A stretch of DNA of 63,929 bases, filler included, from Choristocarpus tenellus KU-1152 (taxonomy: Eukaryota > Protista > Phaeophyceae), in the NCBI GenBank assembly GCA_964200185.2. It is 9 parts of 9 records of this genome, joined end to end, with 100 filler letters (N's around TTAATTAATTAA, not from the genome) between each part and the next. Parts side by side here need not be neighbours in the genome. Positions count along the whole stretch, not along the records: positions 1 to 18,722 come from CAXNAD020000521.1; positions 18,823 to 21,632 come from CAXNAD020024559.1; positions 21,733 to 29,422 come from CAXNAD020005748.1; 6 more parts are not named here. One strand, given 5' to 3'. The translations under genes and the position numbers were made by a program. Positions within the stretch are counted from its first letter, which is position 1. Each line of letters opens with the position of its first letter. The notes below the pieces were generated by a model. The model was given only the letters and a program-made list of their open reading frames with translations, searched no databases and was not told where the DNA came from. Positions 15,301-26,800 of this stretch are shown in pieces.

Positions 15301-18300
15301 GCCTAAGATGTTTTATTTTTCCTACAGCCCGTTGTGTGACGTTTACCAACATACCACGAAGGTGACCTTTTTGGTGTTAGTGAAAATGTAATTCATGTTG
15401 TCACACAATAAAAATAAATGTTTGATTTTGTGATAGATATACTTCTGTTATGTTGAGTAAGTCACGCCGAAGCAGGGCATGGTGTTTTGTCAAGGGTATC
15501 TGGCTGCTCACATTGCTATGCCAGGTGACGCTGCCATTTTCTATGCATCTTTGTTCAGGGCCAGTCTGGAGATGATGGGCCAACCACGGACACTTCTAAT
15601 CCATCTCAGAGTGGTTCAACACTTCCTTCAAAATTGGACAGGGTGACAAAGGACACCTTCAAGAGGAGAAAAGCCAGCAGGGCAACACAGGCATATGATC
15701 CTGTTCAGGTATACTCTCTTCTCAAAAGAATAAGTCTCTAGTATATTTCATTTTAGCTGTCATTGAAATATGCATGCCAACCCTTACTGCTATTATTGTC
15801 GCAACAAGTTATCTAGCCTTTGCAAGGAGAGATCCAAACATCTTTATAACTTGTAGGGTATGCTGACAAGACTATTTCTGTCCTACAGTCCGCAGAGGAG
15901 GATCTCACGGCTGACCAGTATTGCTATCGCATACTAAGCCTTGTGCACAGTGTCAGTGGCTCACCTGTGTGCCAGCGTTTCCTCTCATCCCCCGCATGGT
16001 TACGCCTCCTTGTTGGAGGAATTCAAGTCAGCATACCAGTTGTGCAACGTAGATTACTGCGGCTGTTACGGCGTCTGCTTCCTTCCGTAGACCCCACAGG
16101 CAAGTACGGGGGAGTGTGATGTTCTTTGACCATTTTGCGATGCGTTCCTTGCATTTGAGTTGGTGTCTGACTGTACCAATCCTGGGGATTATCATGCTGT
16201 TTGGTCACTGTTTTACCTTGCAGGTGTAAGGCTTGACTGCTCCCCTCCAGGTGGTCTTCTTTCCAGGTTGGCTGAAGATCCATCTTTTGGTAGAGATCGT
16301 GAACTCATGGAGCCACCATTTGGGCAGTCCTTTGTGGGTCTGCTGCTAAATGCAATTGCAACAGCGTTGGCACCTCCAAGCCTTGCTGAAGCTCTGACTA
16401 TTGTTCTTTTCAAGGATGCGGGTAAGGATGATGAGGGAGGAAAAATATCGATTCCCCAAGGGGCAGACCCTGAACAACCTTGTGTTGATCATGGTTTCGA
16501 ACTAGAGATCGACAATCAAGATCAGGATGGAATTGGAGGGACTCAAGGCTTCAGCGTTGACCAACCCGGGTATGCTTGTTTTTTGTTACTGGTTGTAAAC
16601 CTGGCTTGGACTTTAAAGGCCATCTATGGTGCAAGTCAATTGGAAACCGTGTTGTAGTATGAGAACAGGCATGAATCAGATATTCGAGGCATTTGCTGCT
16701 CATCATGTCACATTCATTGCCAGAATGCAGCTTTATCCTTCTTTTTCTGGCAAGTATTGTTTGTATGTTGTTTTCCTGATATGATTCCTTCATTATTCCT
16801 GGACGTTTTCTTGCTGTGCTAAGTCGTTACACAGCTGATCTCATATGTGTTCCCATGACGTCTCTCAGGAGCCATGGATACAACAGCCCGTTAGCCACTG
16901 AGTCTGTACTCCTGCTAAGGTGCCTGCAGAGGTGTGGTACATGGTCGCAGCTCGTCAATGATGGAATTCAGGATGCCCTTTCAGGGGCGGAACACATTCT
17001 TGGTAGCACATATGTATCTCCTTTTGCACCTGATGAAGAGGAGCAGGGAGGGGGGAAGAGGGCAGCGGCACAAGACAAGCACAAGGTTACGGATGCGATA
17101 AAAGAGGGGAATGATGATACAAAAGAGGGATGTGGGCGGCAAGATGAGGTCAATTTCTGTCAAAATACCAATATTGATAAGGCTTATCAAATGGACAACT
17201 CACAGTTGTTGGTGAAGGAGAAGGACTGGATGACCAGAAGAGGGTGGCTCCTCAAGGTCTGAAGCTTCTTTCCCCCCCCTGGTTGCAAGGGTGCAATGAA
17301 TGCAATGTGTTCCCTCATGCTATAATCTGGCCTGTTTTGTATAGTACAGGGTGAAGAGGTAGTATTGTTGAAGAGACTTACAAGTGAAGAAATTTTAATA
17401 CTAATATCTCTTTACCGACGACTAGCGTGAACTTAACATTTTTTCCTACCTACATACAGGCGATTGCAGCAACCAGCGTGATGGGAGGATTCGTTGATGG
17501 CTTATGTGTTGGGGGATCGGTGAACTTGCGTTTCAGCTTTGGCAGAGGGTCTGATTCGCTCGCTCTTCGACTGGGGGGTATTAGCCATGGTAGTGGGGTG
17601 GTTGTGTCTCTTGATAGAGAGAAAAACTGTGCTGAAGTGGCCCTTGTTGAACACAAGCACAACACCAAGTCCAACAAAGGCACTGGAGCTGTGCCAGCAG
17701 TCATGTCTTCATCAATTTTCCATAAGTTCAGTGGTTCAAAGGTGCCTGGAGGTCTTCCAGTAAGACCTGTGAAAGTGGCCATTGAGGATCTCGTTCCCAC
17801 CCCAGAGGTAGGCGGGATTCTGTGCAGTGAAGGATGTGAAGGTGTCTTTGCTAGTTACTTGGAACTCAGTCCAGTATTTCTGATTTCATACTTTGAAGGA
17901 TTATGCTATGTAGTTACTAACATCAAGGATACCAAGGAAAATATGTGACACAACCCTTGTTTCTAAACTCTCAGCCCAACTAATGCCTGTCTCTGTGTGG
18001 CAGGTGCCTGCTGTTCTTGAGAGCTGCTCAGATGCTCTTTTAGGCACTCTTGTCTCTAACCTCTTGGGGGACAGCTTGGTGTGGTTGCGAGAACATTTGC
18101 TGCAACCACATCACCCAGATCACGCCGGTGGTGATGAGGATAGAACTGAAGAGGAGAAGGAGGCCAATGTCAAAGAGGAAGGAGTTGGTACTGAGGTCCA
18201 TGGCGGTGTTGAGACAAAGGAGGTCAATGGGGAGGAGGCGCAGAAGGAAGAAGGAAAAACAATACAGGTATTTTTGTACCTATTGGCTGTGCCAAAAGAG

Positions 18301-18720
18301 GATTGCATTGAGTTCTCAAAAATATATTGTACCCAAACGCAGGACAATGATCATGAAGAGGGGCTAATGAGGAGGAACATTGTGGCCATGGGGTTGTTAC
18401 AGCAGGCTTAACTTAATAGTATATATATATTGTGAGAAGAATTGGCAATACAAATGTGTGAAACTTGCTCAAGTCACCCTTCAATTGTATGTTTCCCTGA
18501 ATAATATTCTATTTGTGATTTGCAACAGCGTTTTAGGCGGGACTTGCTTCTGGATGACCTCCAGGAGGTGTGGCGAGTAGAAGCTCAGGTTTGTTCATCA
18601 TCATTAGCCATGCACAACTTTCGGACTGTATCAATGCTGCTCTGTCATCCCTCTATTGCGGCCATGCTCCTGGAGGAGAATAGGGAGGGATGTGGCACCT
18701 GGCTAGTATCATTGCTGCAG
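349..18720 (+). CDS. Internal fragment of a very large multi-exon protein with a SPRY/B30.2 domain; HERC1/HECTD4-like giant E3 ubiquitin ligase (both ends missing)
   Basis: Many phase-compatible exons. SPRY is assembled from 5289-5414 (NIICDGEYSATQRQSKSWGSVLVKKGFPPGSGVHKWMVHLD), 6256-6382 (CEKGHIFLGVCTGKANMNTYVGGDGQGWGLIGTRALWHNRTK), 6569-6763 (VRGDYGDGFTTGALVLVTLDMDNGTLRFG...WGLAFEDLPKSEVLFPAVGLYQKDDQ) and 7271-7456 (VTLL...). Downstream helical segments (RAVFRVAGMRALGLLL; HYLDRLQ/GCCVELKADARSSFEKLY; LLRSWGLVIRSADHAFLSRVGIFRTL; WLRLLVGG...RRLLRLLRRLLP) recall HERC1/HECTD4 middle regions from memory. No HECT or RCC1 domain is visible, so the E3 call is inference. Confidence 0.75.
11354..11614. 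mobile_element. MITE family A (~260 bp) inside an intron of the HERC-like gene
   Basis: TIRs gagtgaaagtatcttagagggt / gccctctaaagataagtttgactc; flanks cttt/tttt; interior matches the other A copies. Confidence 0.9.
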
Positions 18721-18722
18721 GT

Positions 18723-18822
18723 NNNNNNNNNNNNNNNNNNNNNNNNNNNNNNNNNNNNNNNNNNNNTTAATTAATTAANNNNNNNNNNNNNNNNNNNNNN
18801 NNNNNNNNNNNNNNNNNNNNNN
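18723..18822. other. Artificial contig spacer (44 N + TTAATTAATTAA + 44 N); repeated at 21633-21732, 29423-29522, 36118-36217, 42316-42415, 47165-47264, 55504-55603, 58811-58910
   Basis: Identical 100-bp structure eight times; the 12-mer gives stop codons in all six frames; genes are cut at the spacers. Confidence 0.97.
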
Positions 18823-18859
18823 CCCGGACCGGGGGGAAGGGGGGGGGGGGGGGGGGGTG

Positions 18860-19077
18860 GCCAACAGAGAGGAGTTGGTGGAGGGTCACAATGGAGGCGT
18901 TCGATGTGTACCCCTGGGAGACACTAGAGCCTGTCTGGCATAGAGTCTCTTCGCAGTCTACAACGAAAAGCTGGGGTCCAGGGTGACAATGTCTTCAGAA
19001 TTACCCTCCTCAGCAAGGAAAAGGCTGAGAAGGTGGACAAGCGTCCCCTGGATGCCTCAGTGAATGCAGTGAAATAA
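18860..19077 (+). pseudogene. Decayed C-terminal fragment of a mariner-like (DD39D-type) transposase
   Basis: Across three frameshifts it reads ANREELVEG/VTMEAFDVYPWETLEPVWH/SLFAVYNEKLGSR/GDNVFRITLLSKEKAEKVDKRPLDASVNAVK*. This aligns by eye to IEEIVKVIKKQYEEYDETTLEKTWQLLFVVYNQVLRYKGGNDF in the 37271-38713 element. Confidence 0.75.
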
Positions 19078-19440
19078 TGCGCTGGAATGGAGTTTTGGAG
19101 GTCTTCGGAGGTCTTCGGGGTGGGGGAATCATGGACAGGTGTAAGCTGCCCCATCCTGCTAGAGATTTTGGTGGGCAAACTATTTTTTTTTGTCTGCACA
19201 ACACACATATATGATATGAACATGCGGAGATAAATATATATATATATATATATCTTCCTTCTTCATTGGGGTTGCAAAAAATTACATTACATATATTTCC
19301 AAACAAAGGGAATATGATGATAAGTAATGCACCTACTGAGCTTGGCTCAAGATAATCCCCTAAAGGAGCTGTTGTTTCCCAAGACTTGTGTGCACATAAA
19401 TAAACGACTCGATTAATTTGTTGTTGGGCCGGACAGGTTG

Positions 19441-19470
19441 GGTTAGGGTTAGGGTTAGGGTTAGGGTTAG
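19441..19470. repeat. Short interstitial (TTAGGG)n tract, about 5 units; shorter tracts near 20033-20046, 20141-20152, 29695-29710, 34407-34430, 42577-42593, 62948-62962
   Basis: ggttagggttagggttagggttagggttag and ctaaccctaaccctaaccctaaccc seen directly. Confidence 0.9.
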
Positions 19471-19689
19471 CCAAAACATGGAACAAACAAGGAGGAGTGA
19501 GCCTCCAAGCCCAAGGGGGAAAGAAGGAAGGAAGGAAGGAAGGGGTCCTTGCCACCAAATCAATCCTATTATTCTGTGGATTATCAATCCCTAACCAAGA
19601 CTACCCGAAACAATCCTCTTCCATATTCTCGTTCAAAAAACAACCACCACCTCCTATCCCCCTTCAGATCACAAGCCTCGATCTCTTCC

Positions 19690-19850
19690 AACAACTATTT
19701 TACAGAAGAACATAGAAACACACAGACACACAGACACACACACACTTCTTGAGAAGAGCGTTACAAACAACTATTTTACAGAAGAACATAGAAACACACA
19801 GACACACAGACAGACACACACACACTTCTTGACAAGATCGTTACAAAGCA
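19690..19850. repeat. Tandem duplication of a ~77-bp CA-rich unit
   Basis: acaactattttacagaagaacatagaaacacacagacacacagac...cacacttcttga occurs twice. Confidence 0.85.
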
Positions 19851-20375
19851 CAGAACACGATACCCCTCCCGCCTTCATCCCACCTCCAATACGCGGGCAT
19901 GCAAGAGACCCCCCTCCCCTGTTCAAGGCTGCTTTGCACTGTGCCCAATTTTAAATCTCTTCAAAAAAAATAAAATAAAATTCAATAATATTTCTTCGGA
20001 TGATCAAGTGTTACGTTCGTTCGTTCAGGCTTCTTAGGGTTAGGGGGTTGATTTTCTCCTTTGTTTGAAACAAAAAAAAGAAAAGAGCCTAATTTCGCAC
20101 AAATTTTCTTTTCTTTTCTTTTCTTTTTTTTCAGGTATATCCCTAACCCTAAGATGCAACTCTGGGTACCTCCCGGCCACTTTGACTCTGTTGTTGCATT
20201 GATCATACCATTGCATTGTATGCCGCCTAAAAAAAAATTAGAAAAGGGTGTGAAGTGCTCATAATTTTACACACACACACACACATACACACACACACAC
20301 AAACTAGTACAATAGATAGAATGATCCAACGTAGTACACGACAAAACAAAAACACGGGACACAAACACGTGCACC

Positions 20376-20645
20376 GACATACAGAAATACTCAAAATGAC
20401 ATACAGAAATACTCAAAATGACATACAGAAATACTCAAAACGACATACAGAAATACTCAAAATGACATACAGAAATACTCAAAACGACATACAGAAATAC
20501 TCAAAATGACATACAGAAACATTCGTCGGAACGCAGAAACAGACACTGACATACAGAAACACACATCAACATACAGGAACAGATACCGACATACAGAGAC
20601 ACACATCAACATACAGGAACAGATACCGACATACAGAGACACACA
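20376..20645. repeat. 22-bp minisatellite (gacatacagaaatactcaaaa[t/c], 6-7 units) grading into a ~40-bp unit, intronic
   Basis: Direct inspection; explains the repetitive pseudo-ORFs at 20255-20958. Confidence 0.9.
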
Positions 20646-20771
20646 ATCAACACAAAGAAACATGCACTGGCATACAGAAACAAAAATCAACATACAGGAA
20701 CACACTGCAACATACACTTCAACAAACACCGGCACGCAGAAACAAACACACATCAACAAAGAGAAACATAC

Positions 20772-20867
20772 CAGCCTGCAGTTCATATTCTTGATCCTCT
20801 GGCCCTCATCAATGATCAGATACTGCCAGTTGTACGCCTGTAGAGCACTACGATCTGCAATGCACAC
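20772..20867 (-). CDS. Single exon of an SNF2-family ATPase, LSH/HELLS/DDM1-like (motif II region)
   Basis: 96-nt phase-0 exon between cag| and |gtatgt encoding VCIADRSALQAYNWQYLIIDEGQRIKNMNCRL. The pattern W.YLI.DEG.RIKN.NCRL is typical of the LSH/DDM1 subfamily. Confidence 0.8.
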
Positions 20868-22388
20868 CTGCCATTACCAACAGAAAAACAAAATCACAAA
20901 AAAATCCAAACGCAAAAGTCAAATTCAGAACACAATGGATGCGTGTGTGTGTGTGTGATATCAGAGGCAAACCAGTGGGGGGTGGTGCAGGAGGCCCCTG
21001 ACTGAATAAAAAAAAATAATAATAAAAAAGGTAAAAAAATATAAACCGACGAGGAAAATCAGAGAGTAAGTGGAGCAGCAAGTACAATAGGACAATAATT
21101 TAACATATTTTGACATCATAAGACATTATTGTGATATCTTGATATGATACTTCGATATGATACTTTGATATGACGTATTGCCACAGCATTTCAACTCAAT
21201 ACAATATTGTGACACTTCAGTGTATGATAGAACATGACATTTCCCATCCCGAAGGCGAAAACATCTGACACAATACTCAGCAAATGGTATATATAATAAA
21301 TATCCTACAGTTGCAACACCACACAGCGAACTAATTTGAGCCCCTCTGTCGAAGAACCAACAACAAGAGTAAATGAAAAAATCAATCCACAAGCCACTCT
21401 AATTCTTGGGGAAGATAAAAATAAAAAAAATAAAAAAGACCCCACCCTTTAGGTCAACAATTTTTTTTTTGTGTACTTCAATCAAGCACACAACAAAATC
21501 ACAATACCAATACAACAGGACAACACACTATCACAAACAAACAAAAAATGGCTTTACTGCCTCCCCCCCCGATCTCCGACCCGACCCTCCCCACTCTATC
21601 CCCCACCCATGCCAACCTACCCAACCAGAACANNNNNNNNNNNNNNNNNNNNNNNNNNNNNNNNNNNNNNNNNNNNTTAATTAATTAANNNNNNNNNNNN
21701 NNNNNNNNNNNNNNNNNNNNNNNNNNNNNNNNGCGCGCGCCGGGCAAGCAGAAAAGTTGGTGGGGGGGGGGGTGGGGGGGGGGGGGGGGGGCGGGGGCGG
21801 GGGAGGCACAAGATCCATCTATAGACCATGTAGGTTTTTTTCAAGACTTCAAAGCATTTATTTCTATTGCAAAACACCACCAAATAATACAAAGAACGGG
21901 CACCAAAAACGGATATCGGTGTTGCTAAAAGATGGTTTTTTCATATGAACCATGTATTGCACTTCTTGTCTTAAAGTCAAAGTCCCATTACAATCGAACT
22001 CCACACTTAGGAAAGATACAAAAATAGATAAAAAAAAATCTTTAGGCAGTTCAAAAAAAGTACAAAACCAAACAAACATCAAATTGTCCCAACAACGCAG
22101 CATGAATATTCGAGAGCACTATTTGAGAAAATTAGTTTGAAGGAATCTTGTGAATTTTCTTGGACCAACCAGTCACTTCTAAAGACCCACACTCCTCATC
22201 TTATCCATGATCGAAAAAAAGTACACCAATCGTGGTCTTCATAGATATTTCCCTGCACCTACCACTCTCCCTTGAAAGAACAAATCTAACCTTTACCAAG
22301 TAGGCTCCTATCAGCTACAGCCCTATCCCACATCAGTGCCCAAGTACCAGTAACCCACTCTCCCCCTTCCTTGTACACACTCGCTTAC

Positions 22389-23138
22389 CTCCATACTGCA
22401 ATCGAAGAAATCGCCATCGTTAACATTCTTTGGTGATGATGATGACAAATGCCCCACTCTCTGTCTACTGCCACCACCCTCCCGAACGGAAGAGTCTGTC
22501 CTTGCCCTTCTCCTCCCAGCAGGGGCGTCAGTATCTGGTGATGGTTTCTTTGGTGAACCCCCTGTACTGCTGCCAATCTCTGACTCACTGATGGGGAGGC
22601 TCTCTCTACGGATGTCAATTCGATTCTCTGAGGACGTTGAAGTGGACCTTGACCTACTGCATCCCCATTCAGGTGGAGATGCCATACGTTCAGGGTGGGG
22701 ACTGGGTGCATCCCAGTCAATTGGTTGGACCGCAGCTAATGCTGGCAATGATAAAGTCCCCAAACCGATTGGATCGACCAAAGGTTCAGTTTCGGGGAGG
22801 GGGGATAGCGAAAGTCTCGCCCCTGTCCCAACAGTATCTAGTTTCTCTACCCCATCCTCATCCGCAATGCTCGAACCTTCGCCAGCGTTCACCACAGGAA
22901 CCGACATTTGCCCAGGGGTTGAAGGGGTACTGGTCACTGTTGAGGATCCGACCTGGCATGCAACCGTCTGTTGTCCCGAAAGGTCGCTACTGTCAGCATT
23001 AGTACCTTTTCCCCCAATGGTGTCGAAGGGGGAGCGGCCAGGTGTAGGCGACGAAAAACCTTTCTGAGTGGCGGGCGACCGCAAGCCGTTTTCCTTTTCT
23101 TCAATCGTTGACGATGCTTGCCCCATGGTCAATGACAT
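22389..23138 (-). CDS. First exon of an unknown Ser/Pro-rich, probably disordered protein; possible N-myristoylation (MGQASS from ATG at 23126)
   Basis: About 250 open codons ending at a strong donor (gag|gtaagc, 22389); MGxxxS motif; CpG-rich 5' context. No domain recognised. Confidence 0.65.
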
Positions 23139-23810
23139 TGGCTTGGAAAATGGTGACGGGTTCTGGTAAAGGTCATATCATGGTCGAAAACAGAATCAAT
23201 TGCTTTTGGCACGAGTTCTTGACCTTTGGGCGATTTCAACGGCTCAGCTAAGACCAATCACGGGCGCAACAACATTCAAATGAGCAAACCACTATTCGTT
23301 TGACTAGGGATCCAAACGACCTCAGATAGGCAATTAGCTTCAAGTTGTGTCATCGTGAGGTAGGATGTAAGGAGGAAGAGGTGGTACATAAGAACATAAG
23401 GAAGACAGTCACACCGACGCTTTGTTGTTTTCACCCTTCAAGATTGGTCTTGGTATCTCACCTTCAAATACCCTTCCTTCCTATGAACAGACCCAACTTT
23501 GCCAATCCTACCCAATCTCTCACAAACAAATAGAATATATTCGATTAGCCCCTTTTTCTGCTGACCTCAATCACCATCGAGCGTAAAAAATAGACTATGG
23601 TGTTTTTGCCGTTGGAGATTGATTGTTCGACCTCGATTAGGGTCACAAGTTGATCGAGTTTTAGGGTTCTCTTACAAGAAGGAAAAAATCCAAACAGTTT
23701 TCTTGGGAGGCGTGTCTTCCATACAACTCAATATTCACGATTTCAAACTTCAAACACCACATAGTACGCTTTTCTTCCATTCCCCAGATCCTGACATCCT
23801 CCATTGAGGC
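23139..23810. promoter_or_regulatory. Putative bidirectional promoter between two head-to-head genes
   Basis: About 670 bp between divergent ATGs (23138/23126 on -, 23811 on +); CpG-rich; CCAAT motif (gaccaatcac) near 23252-23261. Confidence 0.55.
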
Positions 23811-26800
23811 ATGAGGGTCCTTCGAAGATTGCAAGCGGTGGTCCAGCTTATCGCCGCTTTGGGCGCTTGCCTAGAATACACAACACGAGCTTTTGTCGCA
23901 GGACCTGGTGGTGTAAATTGGTTGGGTGGGGCGAATAAGTTGGGGGAGAGCGCAGGGTTGGGGTGGGGGCAAACGGGTTCGACAGGGCCAATGTCAATGG
24001 TTGGGAATGACGGGGACAAGGCTGTAATGGATGAGTGGGAGCTTCTCAAGCAAAGGTGACCTTCTGGAGTGCTCACCCTCCACCAATCCTTCTGCTAAAC
24101 TTCTTACACCACCCCTCTACACAAGCAGGTTGACCCAGGTAGTTTCATCATTGATAGTGGGCCTCTGTGTATCGAGAAGAGGTTTCTGGAGGAAACTAAG
24201 TACAGTGTAACCACACCACACACCCTACCCTAGAGATCTCTTGTTGAGAGTCCGCACTGCTCAATGACCTTGCTCTGCACCAACTATGCGCTATCCGCTG
24301 ATCCTCGAGCACTAGGCGTGATGTGCATAGAAAAGATTTAATCATGTTCTAACCATTTAGATTGCAATTATCTTCGGGGGTTCTAACTGTTGCTCGGTCC
24401 AACAAGCGGGCGTCTCCGACTGGAATATTGATGGAGCCCATAACCTATTGCCACCTCTACAACAATCGCATGTTGATAGGTAGATTGTGAATGCGAAGGC
24501 AGTGAAATTGACTATACCATTCCTCTGCCTCTCAGAAATTGTCATTGCTGCGACCCGCGCATAACATTTTATTGGATCCACAATTACCTCAATACATTTG
24601 CCGTTCACATTGCGAACATTCCACGTCTGACCGAAATGGAGATACATCTGCAAAGAAAATAGAGAACTGATGGACTTACGTTGCACTTGAACGCACTCGA
24701 ATGCATAACGTATAATACACACCGCGCCGTGGAAGTGACTGTTCCAGTAACAAGTCCTGTCGTGACGAACAGGATATGCCTTACAAAACGAACCTTGAGC
24801 ACCGCCCTCCTGCCTGGTCGGCACACCCCCACTGCTTGAAACAATCGAAAAGACGCACTGGACACAGGTACCAGATAGTGGCCGCAGAGGCAATGGAAGG
24901 CTTGGCACGTTCTTTGCAGGAGAAGTACCCAGAGCGGTTTCGTTTCCATCCAACATGCTGGGGAAAATTCCCTGACGGAACGGACAACATAGAGGTGAGA
25001 TGTATGGTTTTGCACTCGTAGTAGAGGTCACCCTGCATGTATAGTGTGGTATTAATGTACTAGAGCTAGAAGCATTGGTCAATCAGTCTTGAAAATTTTG
25101 CCTTGAATGCATGGTCTGTGTTTTTAGAGCGGGTTTATCCTTGAGAAACTTTGTGGTCACACTCTGCTCCTTCCGAAATGCCTGCCCTTGCACTCTCTCC
25201 CCACCACCTGTTCCATTTTTAACAACCCTGCTCCTGTCCCTCTCAAATACTGATAAATGCCTTGCCCCTGTAGTGCCGTCAATCATGACGGTCCACCTAC
25301 TCCAAGAATAATCAAGACCATGATTGAAGCCTTTTGATCGGTTAGTTGTTTAGCGCACTCGTATTCATGCTGTACAACTCCCTTTAATCTTCCTCACAGT
25401 GCTTGTCCTTTCCCCAAACCCATCTGGCGGCATTGAATGCTCTGCGCGTAATCGACTTCAATTGGCCCCAATGCATGTTTTGCCTCCGACTTACGAACTC
25501 TTAAGTCTCTCTCAATTTTTCATTCTGTTTTTTCCATTTCAAATCGTATCACACATCATGACCTGGTTGTTTTTCATTCACTCCTGCTGGACTGAAGCAG
25601 ATCGGGGGTTTCACTCCACGTAATGTGATATCGGGGGAGCATGTGCTGTTCTTGGCCTCCTTCCACAACAACGATGTCACCCTCAGTCAGTTCCAGGTAT
25701 GGTTGAGAGTGCAGGCAGCACCATGATAGCATTCCTGCAGTGTAGGATCCTAGGGGTACCATTGCTGTGGTGCCAGTACTGTAGTGCCTTCACTGTACTG
25801 CAGTACCAGTATAATTTTTGTGTTCTTGTTGCTTTGTGGAATGGAGTGGACAAACAGAGATACCTCATCACACGCTTGCGCGCTCGCTTGCACAAACACG
25901 AGCACACCTCTTTCTACATGCCATATCCCTGGCCCTGTCTACCCTTATCACTGCCCCTGCCCTGTCCCCTGTCCTCAATCTCTTTACCAAAATCCTCTGT
26001 CTGCGCATATTTCTACCCTAAGAGTTGTGCCGAAAAACAAAGACGGGAAGGGACTCTTGGCCTGAAAATGATTCCTTTTTTCAGATCATTGGAACAGAAT
26101 AGAACCAGTACATACAGCATGTCAAAACTGAGCTGATTGGATGCATTTGCCCTGCCCCCATCACCCACCCTTCAATATTGATGTTACTCTTTGAAAATCC
26201 AATATTATTATTATTATTATTATATTGGATTTTTTTTTCCCTACTGCAGGTAATGATCTGTCTTCTGCAGTACTTTGTGGAGTCCCTCACCGTGGTGCTA
26301 CCTTACTACCCCACGGGAACTATGGAGCGTGTAGTGAAGGAGGGACAGGTTTGATGCACTGATACATACAGACAGAAAGACAGACAGACAGACAGACAGA
26401 CAGGTTCAATTTGTTGTCGCGGCATGACTGTGCGGAAGAGACCTCTGACAACATTTGGGGGTATACCTTAAAACCATCGGCGATCAAGTTTGTATCGCTG
26501 TAGCGTTCCGACAAGCCCTCCGCTTTCGAGTCAACAGAAATGTAGTATGTATTCCCAGGTTTTGCTCAGCTTGGTTTTAATGACCCCAGTCAAGAAAAGA
26601 TAAAAAAAATCATTGGTTTTAATCGGAGTTTTTTTTTTCAACACCCGCCGAGGAGAAAATGAACCCATACGATTATTTCAGTTTCAAATTGTATGTTTTT
26701 TTTCTTTTTTTGTTATGTTTTGTTTTCAGTCCTCTCAGTTGGACGGGCGTTTTGGTGTAAACAACCCCCCCCCCCTCCTGACAGAATCGTTTGTGGTGTG

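Noticed and set aside
18767-18778. Recurrent TTAATTAATTAA palindrome as a biological repeat or recombination site
   Set aside because: Always centred in exactly 44+44 N; it is a six-frame-stop assembly linker.
20255-20958. Repetitive ORFs (TYRNTQND..., [20 protein letters not shown])
   Set aside because: Translations of micro/minisatellites; only 20772-20867 is a credible exon.
22591-23067. Plus-strand 158-aa ORF and similar antisense ORFs throughout
   Set aside because: Shadows of real exons on the opposite strand, with no recognisable motifs or splice logic.
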